Assembly (NCBI GenBank): GCA_051047955.1
Contig: JBPGPT010000001.1
Coordinates: 868,001-932,000 of the forward strand
DNA from: Cystobasidiomycetes sp. EMM_F5
Lineage: Eukaryota
Reading direction: 5' to 3'
DNA: 64,000 bases
The notes below the pieces were generated by a model, which was not told the origin of the DNA, ran no database searches, and saw nothing but the letters and a program-made list of their open reading frames with translations. The translations under genes and the position numbers were made by a program. The stretch's first letter is position 1. Each line of letters opens with the position of its first letter. This document shows, piece by piece, positions 22,758 to 36,762 of this stretch.

Positions 22758-24245
22758 TGTGGGTCAGCATCTGACCAAATGGCAAATCGTCTGCCTGTTC
22801 ATCGTAGATTACATCAACAACCAGAACACAGCCAGGCGAGATTTACTGACTATTTTATGCTACAGATTGCTTTTTATACGGATCACCTTTACTAATACTT
22901 ACTTAGCATACGTATCTTTCCATATCGATCCCGTCGGCGCCGCCCCAGCGCGCTCCACGATATAGACCCCGCTTCATTACACCTACTTGTCGAAAGCCCT
23001 TACAGACGTAGAACCTGATGGCTGCGGTATTACTTGTCTGGACTTGCAGAGTCACTATGCGTATCCTGCATGAAAGCAAGGACGCAGATCGCTCGGCTGC
23101 GACGATAGCATCGTCAATTAAGCGGGTAGCCAGGCCTAGGGGAAAATGCAGCGCGAGTTAGCTGCCGTCGCCAAATCGGCGAAACTGAGCCTCACCACTG
23201 CGTCTTGCGCTCTCGTCCACACACAGTGTCATGATGTGCAGTGTCTGCTTTGCTGCATCCAAACGAACTGTAATGCAGCCGAGTATACGATTTGGCATAG
23301 AGGGATGATGCGCAACCAGGGCGAAGGAGTTTTGCGCGAAGAGCAGGGGAAACAGAAAGCCTATCGGAAAGAGCACAGGCAGGTTGTCCGACTGGGAACG
23401 GATTCTATCAGTCTTTGTTACCCTTGTGGCTGACGCGAAGTGCCCCTATTCTGGACACAACTCACGTGCAGCTTGGCGAGAGCAACAAGATCCCGCGACT
23501 GAGCCATGACTATCTCTGCGAAGCAGCTGGGCTTGCTGCAGAGTTGAAAAGGTTTCTTTGAGTAGTCGTCGCCAACGTTATTCCTTTCCAACTTTCGCTT
23601 TCGGCTTCTTGCTGAATCCAAGAGCGGGAACGGCGTGAACGCGGTACGGACAGCTTCGATACCGCACGATTGAGCCGGCAGAGTATTATCGGCGTTGTTG
23701 CTCCTGGCGGAGTCGATGCCATAGCTTTGCTGGACCTGCCCGACACAGGCTGCTGCTGCCGCGACTACCAGGGGCAACGGTAATAGGGGAAGCCAGCAGC
23801 TCGCCTGACCATTGTCGATCGAAGATGCGGCAGTCTGCATCATGTGTGGAATGAATGCCTATGTTGGAGGGATCATAGCGTCTGGGACTGGAGCGACAAA
23901 GCTTTAGGATTGCCGTCGTGGGTAAATTGTCGGACACGTCCGGGACGCTGAACGCGGTTATCCGAATCTCTCCGATCCCGCACAGACCGGCACCGTCATA
24001 AGTTCAGCCTGTGTAAGGAACAGAACAGAACAGACCTTGCAATTGGCTGTACATGTAATGCTACCAGTTCTCCTAGAAGTCTTCGAAAGGCAGTTAGCGA
24101 GAATTCAATTCATGGTACCTGACGACGCTACATCCACGGTCGACGCATCGCATTGAGCAAAACTCAGCCTGTTTGAAACCTGCCTATTCTGCATTGAATT
24201 CCGCTAGTTGAATTCGGCACACGACTCGACGCTGCCATCACCACC

Positions 24246-25096
24246 ATGGAATCGTCACCAACCAGCGCCAATTCGGCAGGAAATAATCCATTCTCCGACA
24301 GAAACGCAATTTCGCCAGACTCCCCAGTGCAGAGGGGTGAGCCGGTAGAGAACGTACTGAACGCTTACGGCGGAGCGGCAGCGTGAGTACTTGACTGCTC
24401 GATGCCGAGTTCTCGCCAAGTGACATCATCTCGTGATTCAGTGCAGCACCGGGCGCCGCATATGAAGCAATCTCCAAACAGGTGTCTGGACTTACCAAGA
24501 CTGTGCAAGATAGCGATGCTGTCGCCCAAGCCAAAGGGACGGTGACAAATGTCGCAAATACCGCGGCGTCTACCTTGAACAGCGCGGTCGCATCCGTCAC
24601 GTCCTCGCTTCCCTCTACGACCAATGTTCAGACCACTGCTCAGCAAGCAGCTACTTCCATCACGCAAAGTGTTGCAGGTCTGGTCGAGCAAGTGAAGCAG
24701 GCACTACCAGAGAGCGTCGCGGATTACATTCCCACGTCAACAGCGTCATCAACGTCAACGTCAACATCCACAGGGGCTGCGACACATCATGCGGACATGC
24801 CAGTAACGCTCGAGTCGCGCGAGACTACTTCGGCACCCCTGGAAGACAGCAGAACAGAACGGCCTTCTGGCGTGATGAAACCGCTGATCCCGGATGCATC
24901 AACATCTCAGTCTCTTCCTGCTGTTGGGACTGTAGCGCACGTCAGCAACCAGCCAGCCGCACAGGAAAATGATTTTACGAAGCCTCATTCTACAGGCGTC
25001 TTTGAGGCAGCCGGATCTCTGCAAGCTACAAACAATCCAGAATTAGTGAACGCTCAATCGGATCTGGCTACTCGAGCAGAAGTTGGGAACATTTAG
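24246..25096 (+). CDS. Ser/Thr/Ala-rich hypothetical protein
   Basis: ATG in CCACCATGG context at 24246, GTGAGC donor near 24337, then the open frame 24482-25096. Confidence 0.6.
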
Positions 25097-25370
25097 AAGA
25101 TATTAGCGATGTCTAAACCGGAGCCGACCCCCAGACTACTCAAAGATGTAGACAAGCGAGCATTGAAGCAGGTGTTGTCTCGATCCAATGATTTCATGCG
25201 AGGTTGACACCGTTTGTTTCGTCTTACATTGGAGGTCTTACCTCTGATTCTAACTAATGCTACATTGCTAATGACGTTCTGCCCTTGGCTGCCGTATTTG
25301 TACAATGCGAAATGGCAAGGGGCGCAGAAGGTGAAGGTGGGCAATACCGCAAGAACCGCATGTCGACGGT

Positions 25371-27671
25371 CTAGACACGCGCGGGCTGTTCGGCGATTGA
25401 TCCCAGAGCCGTCACGCTGAAACGACGGTGATTCATGTCGCTTCTGCCTGCAGACAGTGGTGCCAAATAGCTACTCGCATTTTGCGTAGCATACGGGAAA
25501 GTACGGGGAAAATGCTGTCCTTGCGGTTGCCAGTAAATTCCGTTACTCGGTGCTTGATGAGATATGGTTTGCCAGTATCTTGCTGGCTCTACGGTTTCCA
25601 CACTGCTTGATCTGTGGTGCGGAACGAGCGGGGCAACGGGCTGTACGTCACCGATAACCGCGACCGAATGCCTGCGGTACATTGCGGATGGCAGATCGTC
25701 CTGCAGCGGATGAGCATTGCCTTGTACGTAGCCAGCAGCTTCCTCAATCTGGGAGGTGGGCAGCAACGCGTCATGAGTATAGACGGGTTGGAGCACGGTC
25801 TGATAGGCAGAAGTGTATGCAGGGTTGATCTGCGACGTCGCACTGTTGCCCTCCTCCGTATTGGCGTTTGGCCAGCCTGCTTCAAACGACTGATTCGACC
25901 ATAAAGATAAGCTGGGTCCTGGAATAGCTTGAGATGGGCTGATGAGACGCTGGTCCTGGAGTGATGAGGGTGCAACTTGCGAAAAATCGGTCGGTACGAC
26001 ATGTTGAGCATACGTGGGCGCATTTGCAGTCCCGAAATGCGGGTCGAGTTTCATACTGGCGTACTCGTAAGCGGAGTGACCTGGCACAGGATAAGCAAAT
26101 GGAGAAATTGGTGTTATCGGTCCAGTGCTCTCATTGTCAGAACTGCCTGGGATGGACGAGTCGCTCGTCGTCCTACTTGCCGAAGCCAGCGTCGGGGGTA
26201 TCGAGAACAACAGATTCTCACTTTGCGGCGACGCTCTGACGGACGTCACAGGCGCGGATGCTGGCGATGCCTGATGGGAATGCCCTGAGTGGCTTGATGG
26301 CTGCCGTGCGTAAGGTATCGCATGTAGCGTGGATTGAGGGACGGAGGCATACACATCTCCAATGACAGACTGATTTGTGGTCGGTGTGGCTTGATATGGA
26401 GATAATGACGGTCGTCTTGCATCATGCCCTGATCCTATCGAGACTTCGACAGAATGTGAACCTGCATGAAGCGGTGACGCCGGCAATCTTACGCTCGTAG
26501 GCGATTGGAATGGTGTCTGAGTACCCGAAGTTAGCTGCCGTGTATAGTCAAGCATTGCAGGCGTGTAACGGGACATCTCGAGCACGGCAGTCGGGGCAAG
26601 CGATGGGACAGACTTTGCTGGCGATGCTGAGAAGGTGTGCGGACTCGTCATTTCCGGCGACATTCCGTATGATGACATATCAGATGCCGCGTCTTGAGAC
26701 ACGGCGTCTGCCATCTTAGCATCGATTTTTTTCTGCTTAGCGCGTCTGTTCTGAAACTGGACGGGTAAACATGCGGTAAGTCAATTACCCAAAAGACCGG
26801 AACTGCATATCTCGCTTACCCAAATCTGAATATCTCTGGACGTCATGCCGCATTTGGCGGCTATAATCTGCCTAGCATCTACATCCGGCTTGGGGCAGGT
26901 CAGGAAGTCTGCCTCCAGCACTTCTAGTTGAGCTGTGGTTGTACGCCTCCGTTGCTTAGCGCTGCGCGACCAGTCAATAAATTGCCATCGTAGGAATGCC
27001 AACGCAGCTACTCACTGTAAGTCGTGACCTGATGATCTTCTCTCATTCTCCTCTGCATCTCCAGCACGCGCCAAGGTACTGCTAGTACCGCCATGGGCGA
27101 TCCGTGCACGATACGGGCCTCGTATCGGGTCTTGGGACTGTTTACGGGGGTACTTTTTGGCCGTTCGGGGCGCTTCAGTTGCAACGGACAGCGATGTCAC
27201 ATCGTCTACAGACTCCACAGTGTCCTGCTCCAGCGCAGGCACTGCGATTGTCGGATGTGTGGGCCGCTGGACTAGAGTATTAGTGTGCTGATCTGCCAGG
27301 GTATGCACACTGCCGCTTGGCTGAGAAGACCCGCTGAAGGCTTCGTTGGTAAACTGCCTTTGCCCCGCAGTTGCAGCATTGTATTGCTGAGGCAGAATGG
27401 AGTATCCTTGGAGCTGCTGCTGCTGCTGCTGCTGCTGTATTTGGGCTTGTCGCTGTTGTTGAAGCAACCAAGCCTCGTTGAATTGCAGTGGGACAGGCTG
27501 CTGAATCCTGGCATTATTTGCACGTGCCCAGAGATCTGCGTGGAACTCTTGTTTTGCGTGGCTCTGGCTTGAAGCTGCCAACGGAGCGGCTACGCGAGCA
27601 TCATCGAATTGAACAGTGTACGCGAACGGTATCGGAGAGGTGTCGCGGTCTGTATTCGAGGCACCGGCCAT
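25371..27671 (-). CDS. Homeodomain transcription factor
   Basis: KQRRRTTTAQLEVLEADFLTCPKPDVDARQIIAAKCGMTSRDIQIW|FQNRRAKQKK; polyQ N-terminal region and S/P-rich C-terminal region. Confidence 0.92.
27413..27437 (-). repeat. (CAG)n polyglutamine microsatellite in the homeodomain gene
   Basis: Run of CTG triplets on the plus strand, encoding QQQQQQQQ on the minus strand. Confidence 0.85.
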
Positions 27672-28524
27672 CTTTTGACACCTTCTTCCGACTTTCTACG
27701 CGTCTCTAGGAAGCTGAAAGGAATCCGTGTCGTCCAAGTCCAAATCTGGCTGGCGGAAAACGAAGCGAGTCCAGCATGACAGCGTTAGTGTATTGGCTCA
27801 TGTATGCACCGAGGTCCGGCAAGAGCTGCATACCTTGGCCGTACTTTGCGGACTTCTTGCTCTATCCGCTCTAAAATCGATCAGCAACTCCGCGCGTGGC
27901 TGTTGTGCGAATTACTGCAATGCAGACACTGCATCATGCTGAGCTTGGGCCGTCGGGAAGAAGCATATTTACACCTGTCAGACAGAAGCATCAGGTCACA
28001 ACGGCCGCCAGAGTTGTCCAAGACCTTTTTCGACGTTTGGCCTCGTCCGCCATCGCTAAGGCCTGGCCCAGCTGGCGGCGGCCCTCGATCACACTTTCCG
28101 GAGGATACAGTCCAGGCCTAGCCCGTCTGTGCATACAAGCACTTTTGTAAACACGGAACGCCGACAGCAGAAGACAAACATTGTACACACTTTGTTGATG
28201 TTTCCGCTGTCTCTAATTGCATTGCGCGCCGTGCCCCTGCTTTCCCGCACACGAACCAACGGGAACAGCCAAAATGCACGATTTTCGGATCAACATGCCT
28301 CATACTCCGCTGCCGCATTAGCGAGTGAGCCGCTATCCATGACGAAGCAATATTTTGCAGCGATAGCGGTAGCTATCCGCTGTTCAAGCACGATGTATCG
28401 CGTAGCAATGACTTTGAGTGAACAGCACGACAAGCGCCTTGATTGCATCGCCGTCTTGCGTCATACTGGAGCAATGAGGACGCGAGGCGCTGAATAGAGA
28501 AGATCGGTCGCCAATTGGCAAAAC

Positions 28525-30883
28525 TCAATATGCAGCAGCCACTCCATTCTTGCGACTATCGGAAGCAGCTGAAACAGACATCTCATCAATCTACATTCGA
28601 TTTACATACCATCTGATCACTTACCGTATAACCAACCGTCAGAGTGATGCATGACAGCCTGCACTTCAGCTACGCCTGCATTTCTGTCAATTGGATGTAA
28701 TCAGATCATACCTACAATGGTACGAAGGGTGAGCACGCTTACATGTCAAAGATGGTAATGTTGTGGCCTCTGTCTCGCAAGCCTGCAATGACATCTGCAC
28801 GCATGCCCGATTCGACAGATACCTGCAGAAAAGCGATTAAGTAAACAAATCGGTAACAATTATCTAACGTCAAGTTCATCGGTCTGCACTCACAACTGCA
28901 GGAAGAAGCTGGCTGTGAACGCGAGGCTCTTCGATTGCATGAGATAGATCATACCCCCAATCGAGATGAAGGATGACTTGAGCAACTGCTCCGAAGATGC
29001 GACTGCCGCCAGAGCCCCCTAAGGCCAGCCAGAAGTTGCCGTGCGCGTCATCAATGATCGTGGCAGACGTAGACGATAGTGGTCGCTTGCCGAGACTGCG
29101 TGTCGCATTATGATCGGGAAAATTGTACGGTGAGGGGTAGAGACCGAAGGCGTCCGGCTTGCCAGGAGTAGCAAAATCATCTTGTTCTATTGCAATCGAG
29201 CCATCGTTAGCAAGTCATCATCTCTCCTACAGACGCTACGTACCGTCATTGAAGATAATGCCAGTCTGACTGTCCATGACGCGGGAACCGAAGATGAGGT
29301 TGACCGTCGTCGTGAGAGCAACAGCGCCACCTTTCGAATCAACAACTGAGAGGTGCGTAGTACCGTGATCATCGTGATGCGTATACTCTGGATCGTAGTA
29401 CGCGATTGTATGCGTTGCGTCCTTTATGAGGCTCAGCTTGTTTCTGTGATATCATAGATTCCGCAGCTTACATCGGTAATACGCTTGTAACTGTCATACG
29501 CAAATTGCTTTGAGAGAAGTTCCTGTATGCGTTGATCCTGATCAGGCCAGAACGCGGGATCGCCGAGCGATGTCCTCCGAGCGAATGCGACTAATTTGTC
29601 GAGTACACCAGTCAGCCACGTACACTGCTGTCATGACAGAGTCACTCACACTTTTGAGCTTCTACTAAGCGATGTGTATTCAAGGGCGTGCGGCCTTCTG
29701 CGTCCAACGGGTAATTCTCCAGAATGTTGAGCTCGTGTATGAGTACAGGCCCAGCTGATGGCGCATGCGTAGTGTATATTGTCCGATTGCGGTACGTGCC
29801 CTTCACTGCTGGCTCAGCAATGGCTCGATAGTCTGCAAGGTCGTGAATTTGCATGATACCTCCCGCAGCCTGAATAGTGCGTATCGAAGACTCGGCTATG
29901 GGTCCAGTGTAGAAGGCATCGGCGCCGCGTTTTGCCAAAGTCTCTAGCGTACGAGCATACGCGGGTCTCGATATTGTATCGCCTTTCCGGGCGAGCTTTC
30001 CGTTTGGTGCAAAGATGTCACGCCAAGCTGCATCAGTCTCCTCGAGCATGATAAATTGGCCGAACAGATCCAAGCGGCGCTGTAGTTCCGTCGATACGAC
30101 AAACCCCCTGGCCAGCTCGATATTTGGCTGAAAGATGCGTTGCCAAGAAACACCACCGCCATGTGCTTTATACGCAGCTTCGAAGCCTCGCATTTCTCCC
30201 GGTACACCGACTGCCAGTCCACCTACACGCGACGCTGCCGCCGTCAATTTGGCATACATGTCTGGCGAAGATCCAGACGGAGACGTTTCGCGAAAGTCGA
30301 CACTGATAGGTCTGCCATTGCCAGCGGGTCTCGAGACGAGCCAACCACCTCCGCCTATACCAGAAGAGAATGAGTTGACGATACCGACTGTGAGCAAGTT
30401 GCGGACAATTGTCATGACATGAGAAACCGACCCGCTCAGCGAACGCAATAAATCGCGGTTTTGACAGAGCTACTCACCGCAGAGAGCGCCTGCAATAGCA
30501 GCATCGACGGCCCTCCCGCCATCTTTGAGTACGTCCAAACCAATATTTGAGCAGACTTCGGCTTCGGTTGCTACAGCTCCATGACGGCCTCGAAACAGAT
30601 AACTAGGATTGCGCAGGCCAGGCTGCTCGCCTGGTAACTTGGAGTAATCTGGAATGTCTTTCACTCTGTGCGATAGCTTGAAGTGCAGCACTAGCACTGA
30701 TGCGGCCGCAATGATCCCGACGGCGACGAAGCCGCCAGCTACCGCGCATATCCGACGCTGCCTCCTGCTGGAAGATGATGTCGGAGCTAGACCTATACGA
30801 TTAAGTGACTTGTGCAATGGACCGCGCAGTGTGCCATCGCCATTCTGGGGCAGTAATGGGTCGCTATCTCCAGGCTGGTCCAT
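28525..30883 (-). CDS. Gamma-glutamyltranspeptidase (type II membrane)
   Basis: N-terminal [17 protein letters not shown]...[40 protein letters not shown] (nucleophile Thr); PGKRPLSS; C-terminal [13 protein letters not shown]. Confidence 0.95.
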
Positions 30884-31821
30884 CCTCGTTGGAACGACGA
30901 CAAGCGAATATATCAACGGGCATTGTCGGCATTGGGTCCATGAGCATTACACCAACGCGACAGCTAAAGGCTGCAGCAATAGGGCGGGCTTACTGCAGGC
31001 CCTGCTCGGAACACGCGCCCATTATCGATTATTACACAACCAAAACCCCTCCAATCATCATTCACAGAAACAGACTCATTGAGCTGATACGTTGTAAGAC
31101 TTCTTCCTCCCTACCCTCCTTGTGTACAATCCGCTCCGTCGCAATCCATTCAAGGATGACCAGCCGATGAAACCGAAAGTTGGTCTTACATGCACCGACG
31201 TCACAGCAGCATGCTTGGTCTCAATTATAGCTGAAGTCTCTGCTTCTCTTCGTAGACTGCCGACTACTATTCCTGTTAGATTCCCTCAAGTTGCAAGTAT
31301 GGTCTCCTGATCGATATGTATGTATATATGGGATCTCAGGCGCTCCTAACAAGCCTCGTCGCGCTGCTATCCTGTCTACGCTGTTTCAAAAAACACTTAC
31401 GAGCATGAAAAATGGCTGCCTGCCCTAACACTGCTTGCAATCTTGGTGTAAGCCGGCTGTGAAAAGCAGTCATGGAAAGGAGTCAATGAAAGTTACATTT
31501 TGCAGGCATCGTAGCGAACTTCCTTCGCTGCCTATGGAAGCCTCTTCTCGTGGCACCTCCATTATTTTATGTTGTAATCCGTTCGTTGCATGAATGATAC
31601 TTCCGCGTTGCGACTCGTGCAGAGCCTGACAATTGCTACCCATTTCATTACCGTGCCGGTCGTCTTGAAAGTCTCAAAGGTGCGTCCTACAGGCAGAAAA
31701 GCCCTCAGAAACCTTCAAATATTATACGACCTCAACAGAAACAACACCGCCACTCTATCAGCGCGTTGTGTGTGCACGGAGCGACAGCTCAATTTGTTAC
31801 GAGACACCAACCACAGCCATC

Positions 31822-32681
31822 ATGTCGCAAGTTCAGGATCTGATACGTAACATGCCGGGAATGCTTCAGGATGCTAGGGTGCGTTGCAAATGTTTGCCTG
31901 CTCCAATTGCTGCGGAATATGCGACATGGTCAACCCGGTAAAAGGGCGTCAGTCGACGACGGTCTCGCATATAGACAAAGCGCCGACCTGCCGTGCATAC
32001 GAACTTAGCGAGAGCGTCTACTGACGCTACGACTCTTTCCTGAAGAATTTCCAGACTCGCCTGGCTGTTCGCCCTGTACAAGAGTTTTTTGACATTCATC
32101 GCGTGTCACGACCGAGCGATATCAACGACGCGACCAGACGTGTATCGCACAATGCTCGGTATTTCGGAGGCAACTACTCTCTCGTCGGTCAGTCTCACTG
32201 TGCAGCTGGACTGGACCGACTGCTTATCGCTGGGCTGGGAGGCTTGGTCGCGGCGCGAAAGGCTAGCAATGCTAATATTGGTCATCTACTCTGCGTTTTC
32301 TTCTTATGCAGTTGCGGTTCTAGCCGTCTACGCGCTTCTGACCAATCCCCTACTGCTTATCGCTATTGGATTCCTAGCAGGCGGTTTCGCAGCTATCAGC
32401 AAATTCGCGGCAGAACCCGCGCAGCCTGGCGATCCAGCTCCGCCAGTCACTCAGAAATCACTATATACTGGCCTCTTCGTCATTGGCATTCCCTTAATGT
32501 GGTTTGCCGCGCCACTTAGTACCGTGTTTTGGATTGTCGGCGCTTCCTCGGTATTGGTGCTAGGTCACGCAAGCATGCTGGAGCCAGGTGTAGTAAGTCA
32601 ACATCATTCTCGTTACGCGTTGCTCCACCTGAGGTCCTCCGTTTGCAGGAGTCTGAATTCAACTCTGTAGAATCGGTGTAG
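31822..32681 (+). CDS. YIP3: Prenylated Rab acceptor PRA1/Yip3
   Basis: RVSRPSDINDATRRVSHNARYFGGNY, VYALLTNPLLLIAIGF, LYTGLFVIGIPL, VLGHASMLEPGV|ESEF. Confidence 0.88.
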
Positions 32682-32808
32682 TAGGGCAGTGCAGTTGGTT
32701 CTAGATATGCGAGGTACAATGCAAAGGTGTCTCGAGATACCGGACAAGCTTCGATGCTCTATATGGTTGTAATGAGGGCTTTCGCGCATTACCGAGACCA
32801 GCATAGAT

Positions 32809-35259
32809 CTATGTGGATGGCTCTTCCAAAGCCATCTCCTTGACTCGCATCCAGTCAGATGCTAGTGCTTCTCTAATTTCGTGTAAAGCCGTAACGACCT
32901 TGCTTTTGTCTGACCCCCAGCCCTCCAGATAATACTTAATTTTAGGTTCAGTACCCGAAGTTCTCACTGTCCCCACCAGGCCTTCGATGCCTTCGCTGTC
33001 GGAAGTGTCGAGTTCGAAGGACAACATTTGACCGCTCGCATCTACAGGCAATGCCTTCAATTTTTGGTCGCTTTCGCTAGAATCGTAGCCTGTTGTGATG
33101 TCGCGCAGAGATCGAACTCTCCGTTTTCCCAGCTGGACAGGGTAGAAGCCTGAAGCGGAGGACTTCCTCAAATCGCCGAATATCGTTCTGATTTTCTCCG
33201 GCGAGCGACAGACCCAATATGAGTTAAGGTTTGCGAATTGTCCGTACCTTTCGTATAGCGAATCCAAATACGCTTTCAAAGTGGAACCAGAGCTGTATAA
33301 CGCGTCTGCCATGCAAGTGAAGACTGCAAGTGCTGATATCTAAACATCCACGACTCGTCAGCGAATACGCATTTTGAATCGCTAAACACTAATTGACCCC
33401 GTCTTTGTCCCGGAGGTTCGTAGACACCATGAAACCGATTGCCTCCTCGTAAGCGCTGCCGTGTTGTCAGCTCGAGCCGTTGCCGCTATACTATGGTCAG
33501 AACGCACAATATTGATGTGTAGCCTTGACTGTCTAGCTGCTGCGCTCCGTTGCCTAACCACCTACTGGGGTCTCAGTACGCAGAAGGCTGCCATCTTCGA
33601 CGCAATGCTATCTCACTTAAAGCCTGTCAGAGTCTCCTTGAAATGGAAGCCTTCGGCTTTGGCAACGACAGCCAGCATTTTTGAAGATACCGTAGACGCA
33701 AGCATCGCCAATTTGTCGACGGGCTTTCCTTGACGCTTGTATTGACGGAAGAGCCAGACGCCAAGCATTACGCCCATCTGGTCGCCGGTAAAGACGTGCC
33801 AGCCAGTGCTGCACGAAGAAGACGATGATCAGCCTTGAAAACAAGCTTGGAAACATCTCGACCTACCCAGTCTTCTCGGCAGCGCAAAATCTGTCTGCAT
33901 CTGGATCATTGGCGCATACGATGCTTACGCCATGCTTATCAGCATACGCGATTGCCTGATCCAGGGCGCCCTTCTCTTCAGGGTTGGGGAATTTGACAGT
34001 AGGGAAATCTGGGTCGGGCTTTGCTTGTGTGTCAACTACGAGTAAGCGTGACTCTGCCAATCCTACAGCAGATAGAGCAGACTTGGCGAAAGGGAGACCG
34101 ACCCCATGCATGGGCGTATAGACAATAGACACAGAGCCGCTAGTCGTGAGGTCGCTGTATGCAAAGATCAGCCAATACGCTAGCGTCTTATACATAGCAT
34201 GTGAACCTCACTTGCTTCTGCATAGGTGAGCTATACTCTCGATGTACTCGCTTTGCAACCGCTCCGTTTGGTCGATATTAAGGACATTAACAGGTACGCT
34301 GTCGATGTTCCACGCCTCGTCGGACACAGACAGGTGCTCATCAATACTGTCTGCAATGCCCGAGTCGTGAGGAGGTATGATCTGTACTCCGTTATGCCCT
34401 GATCACACCGTCTGCATCAGCGCTTATACCGTTTTAACACAAATTTGGTAGCCCACAGTACACCTTATCTGTTCACAAACTGCGCGTTAGCTACTGAATC
34501 CACATAAGGCCAAAAAGCGCCACTACTCACATCCGTTGTCCATTGCGGGGTTGTGAGATGCTGTGATCATAATTCCTGCTGCTGCCTTCAAGCGCCCAAC
34601 ACTGAAAGGTACCAGGGGCGTGCACGAAAGACCCTTCAACGCATATACACGGAATCCAGCGCGTAGAAACACATTAGCGGTCAAGGCTGCGAATCGGGCG
34701 GAATTATGACGATGGTCCTGATTACACACTTCAGCTTGCATAGGGGGGACAGGGCTTATACACTGACGTGTCCAATAACGACACCCATGTCCGTGGCGTC
34801 AGACTTCTGTTTGAGAATGTATGCACATAACCCCTGCGCGATATTTGTCAATACAGGACCAAACACGAGCCTGTCTTCTTCGGTGAGCCAACCTGCGATG
34901 CTTGTAGTACAGTAAGATCATTCATTCGAGAGAATCCAGCTTCCATTCGTGCTCTAAGCCCTGGAATACAAATGTTCACCTTGCCATTGTCTGCCCAAAC
35001 GCTGCAGCCTATCTTGCTTGCCGTTCTACACACTTACCAGCGGTGCCAAATGCAATGCGCTTGCCGAGACGTGCAACGAGCTCTTCATGATTATGGTTGG
35101 CTTGCAGTGCCAGTATTTCCCGCCGCGTCGCTTCGTTCTTAGTATCGCGTAAAATGTCAATGGACTCCGCTCTGGTAGCGAAAGCAAACGAATTCGACTC
35201 ACCCTGTCTTGCGACAGCCAGAGTTCGCACAGTGCTTCGACCGACGCTGTACTGTCCAT
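32809..35259 (-). CDS. Phosphoglucomutase-2/phosphopentomutase (alpha-D-phosphohexomutase)
   Basis: FGTAGLRARM, GIMITASHNP (phospho-Ser loop), YTPMHGVG, ANDPDADR (metal loop), ETLTGFK, RTSGTEPKIKYY. Confidence 0.95.
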
Positions 35260-35605
35260 TCTTATCGATTCCACCAGTGCATTAGCAACGGGCGCGGCAT
35301 CAAGCCAGAAGCTAACCCAAAGGGTCCCGCTTACATTCCCGCGAGACTCGCAAACAGATCTAGATGCAGCGTTTTCTGAAAGAATAATGTGTATACAACA
35401 CACGGTCTTCCCTTCAACGTAACGGTGCTGCGTGGGATGCTGACCCATCTCCCTGTCTAACCGCATCTCCGTATCACGCACACCGCTAAACGCAACTAAT
35501 CATCAGCGAGTCTGGATAGGGCATTGGTGCTCGTCTTGCAGTCAATCCTGTCGTCGCAGCTATTCGCATATCGCCGCTGGGTAGAGTCGCCCTCTGCATA
35601 TCGCA

Positions 35606-36627
35606 ATGCCTCGCCCAGGCATGGAAACACCGTCCAAATCGCAAGCTGCACAAAGCCTCGACGCCGCGTGGTCAGTCTTTCGCAAAGAACTGAATGACAC
35701 AGGTTATGGCCAGGCCCTAAAAGGGTGGATGCAAGCTCTTCGGGGGATCTACAAGGAAGATCAGATCCCGGTAGTGTCAGACAGTGTCTGTTTGGCTTTG
35801 GGCCATCTTCGTCGTCACAAAAGCCGAGATGCTCCACTCGAGCTCGGTGATCCTTACAAGCCTTCTTTCTGTCAGCTTGCAGCATACATGCACCTCTTGT
35901 CGGCTTTCGGGCTGGACGTATCTGTCGCAAAATTGCACGATCCAGCATTTACCAAAGAGGATAAGGCATTCCTACATGGCCTTGGATTTATGATACCAGA
36001 GAGTCCGGAAGAAGCTCTGTTACAACTCCGCTTTGACGTTCCTACGCTGGTCGTCATGTGGTTTCTTCCGTTCCCAGTCATCGAGCTGATCCTGAAGATC
36101 AATTGGGACAAACGTAGACTTGGGAATATCGTCATGATCGGTCACAAAATAGAAGGCTGGCTTGATGATGAGTAGGCAGCCTGGATTGCGATCACGTCTT
36201 GCTCAGAAGTTAACCGATCTAACAGGAATTGGCTACGAGGCGTCAAGGATGCTCACGTACCGCGATCCCGGCGTTGTAGTAAGTTCCAACCGGATACTTG
36301 GTAAGTCGATACTTAAGTCATCTCACAGTCCCGCTTTTCGAGCGGATAGATCTACCTAATCCCAGCGAGCTGGAATCGATTAACAAGACGCAAACGGGAA
36401 AAGATGATCTAGATTCCCCCGCATCAAAACATGGACTCGACAGGATCTCGCTTCAATGGATACCGCGCGCCAGATTGGAGGCCATGGGTGCCGAGTTTTG
36501 GAATGTCAGGCCCCTTACTGAGAGCGCCTGGAAACATCTCGTTCTCCCGCATGAGCATAAGCATACCCATGAGCAATGCAAGGATGCCAAGGTGGAAGAC
36601 AGTGGGAAAGTCAAGGCGAAGCTCTAG
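35606..36627 (+). CDS. SRR1-domain protein
   Basis: VCLALG...CQLA...HDPAFTKEDKAFLHGLG...PTLVVM...ILKINW...IVMIG fits the SRR1/Ber1 pattern; one intron near 36171-36224. Confidence 0.65.
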
Positions 36628-36762
36628 CATACTGCCAGCACGCGGTAGTACAAAGACAACAACACAAACTGAGACACTTATGGAGTCCAAAACGGGGTAG
36701 TCTAAAAAAGTCTGCAACATTGCCTAGCTAGCATCATCATCCGAATCAATTGCTTTCCGTTT

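Noticed and set aside
22760..24240. Short ORFs on both strands and a (GAACA)3 run near 24018
   Set aside because: No motifs or consistent splice model; treated as unassigned intergenic sequence.
27700..28500. Several short ORFs upstream of the homeodomain gene
   Set aside because: Not protein-like; probably promoter or 5' leader, and uORF function cannot be supported from sequence alone.
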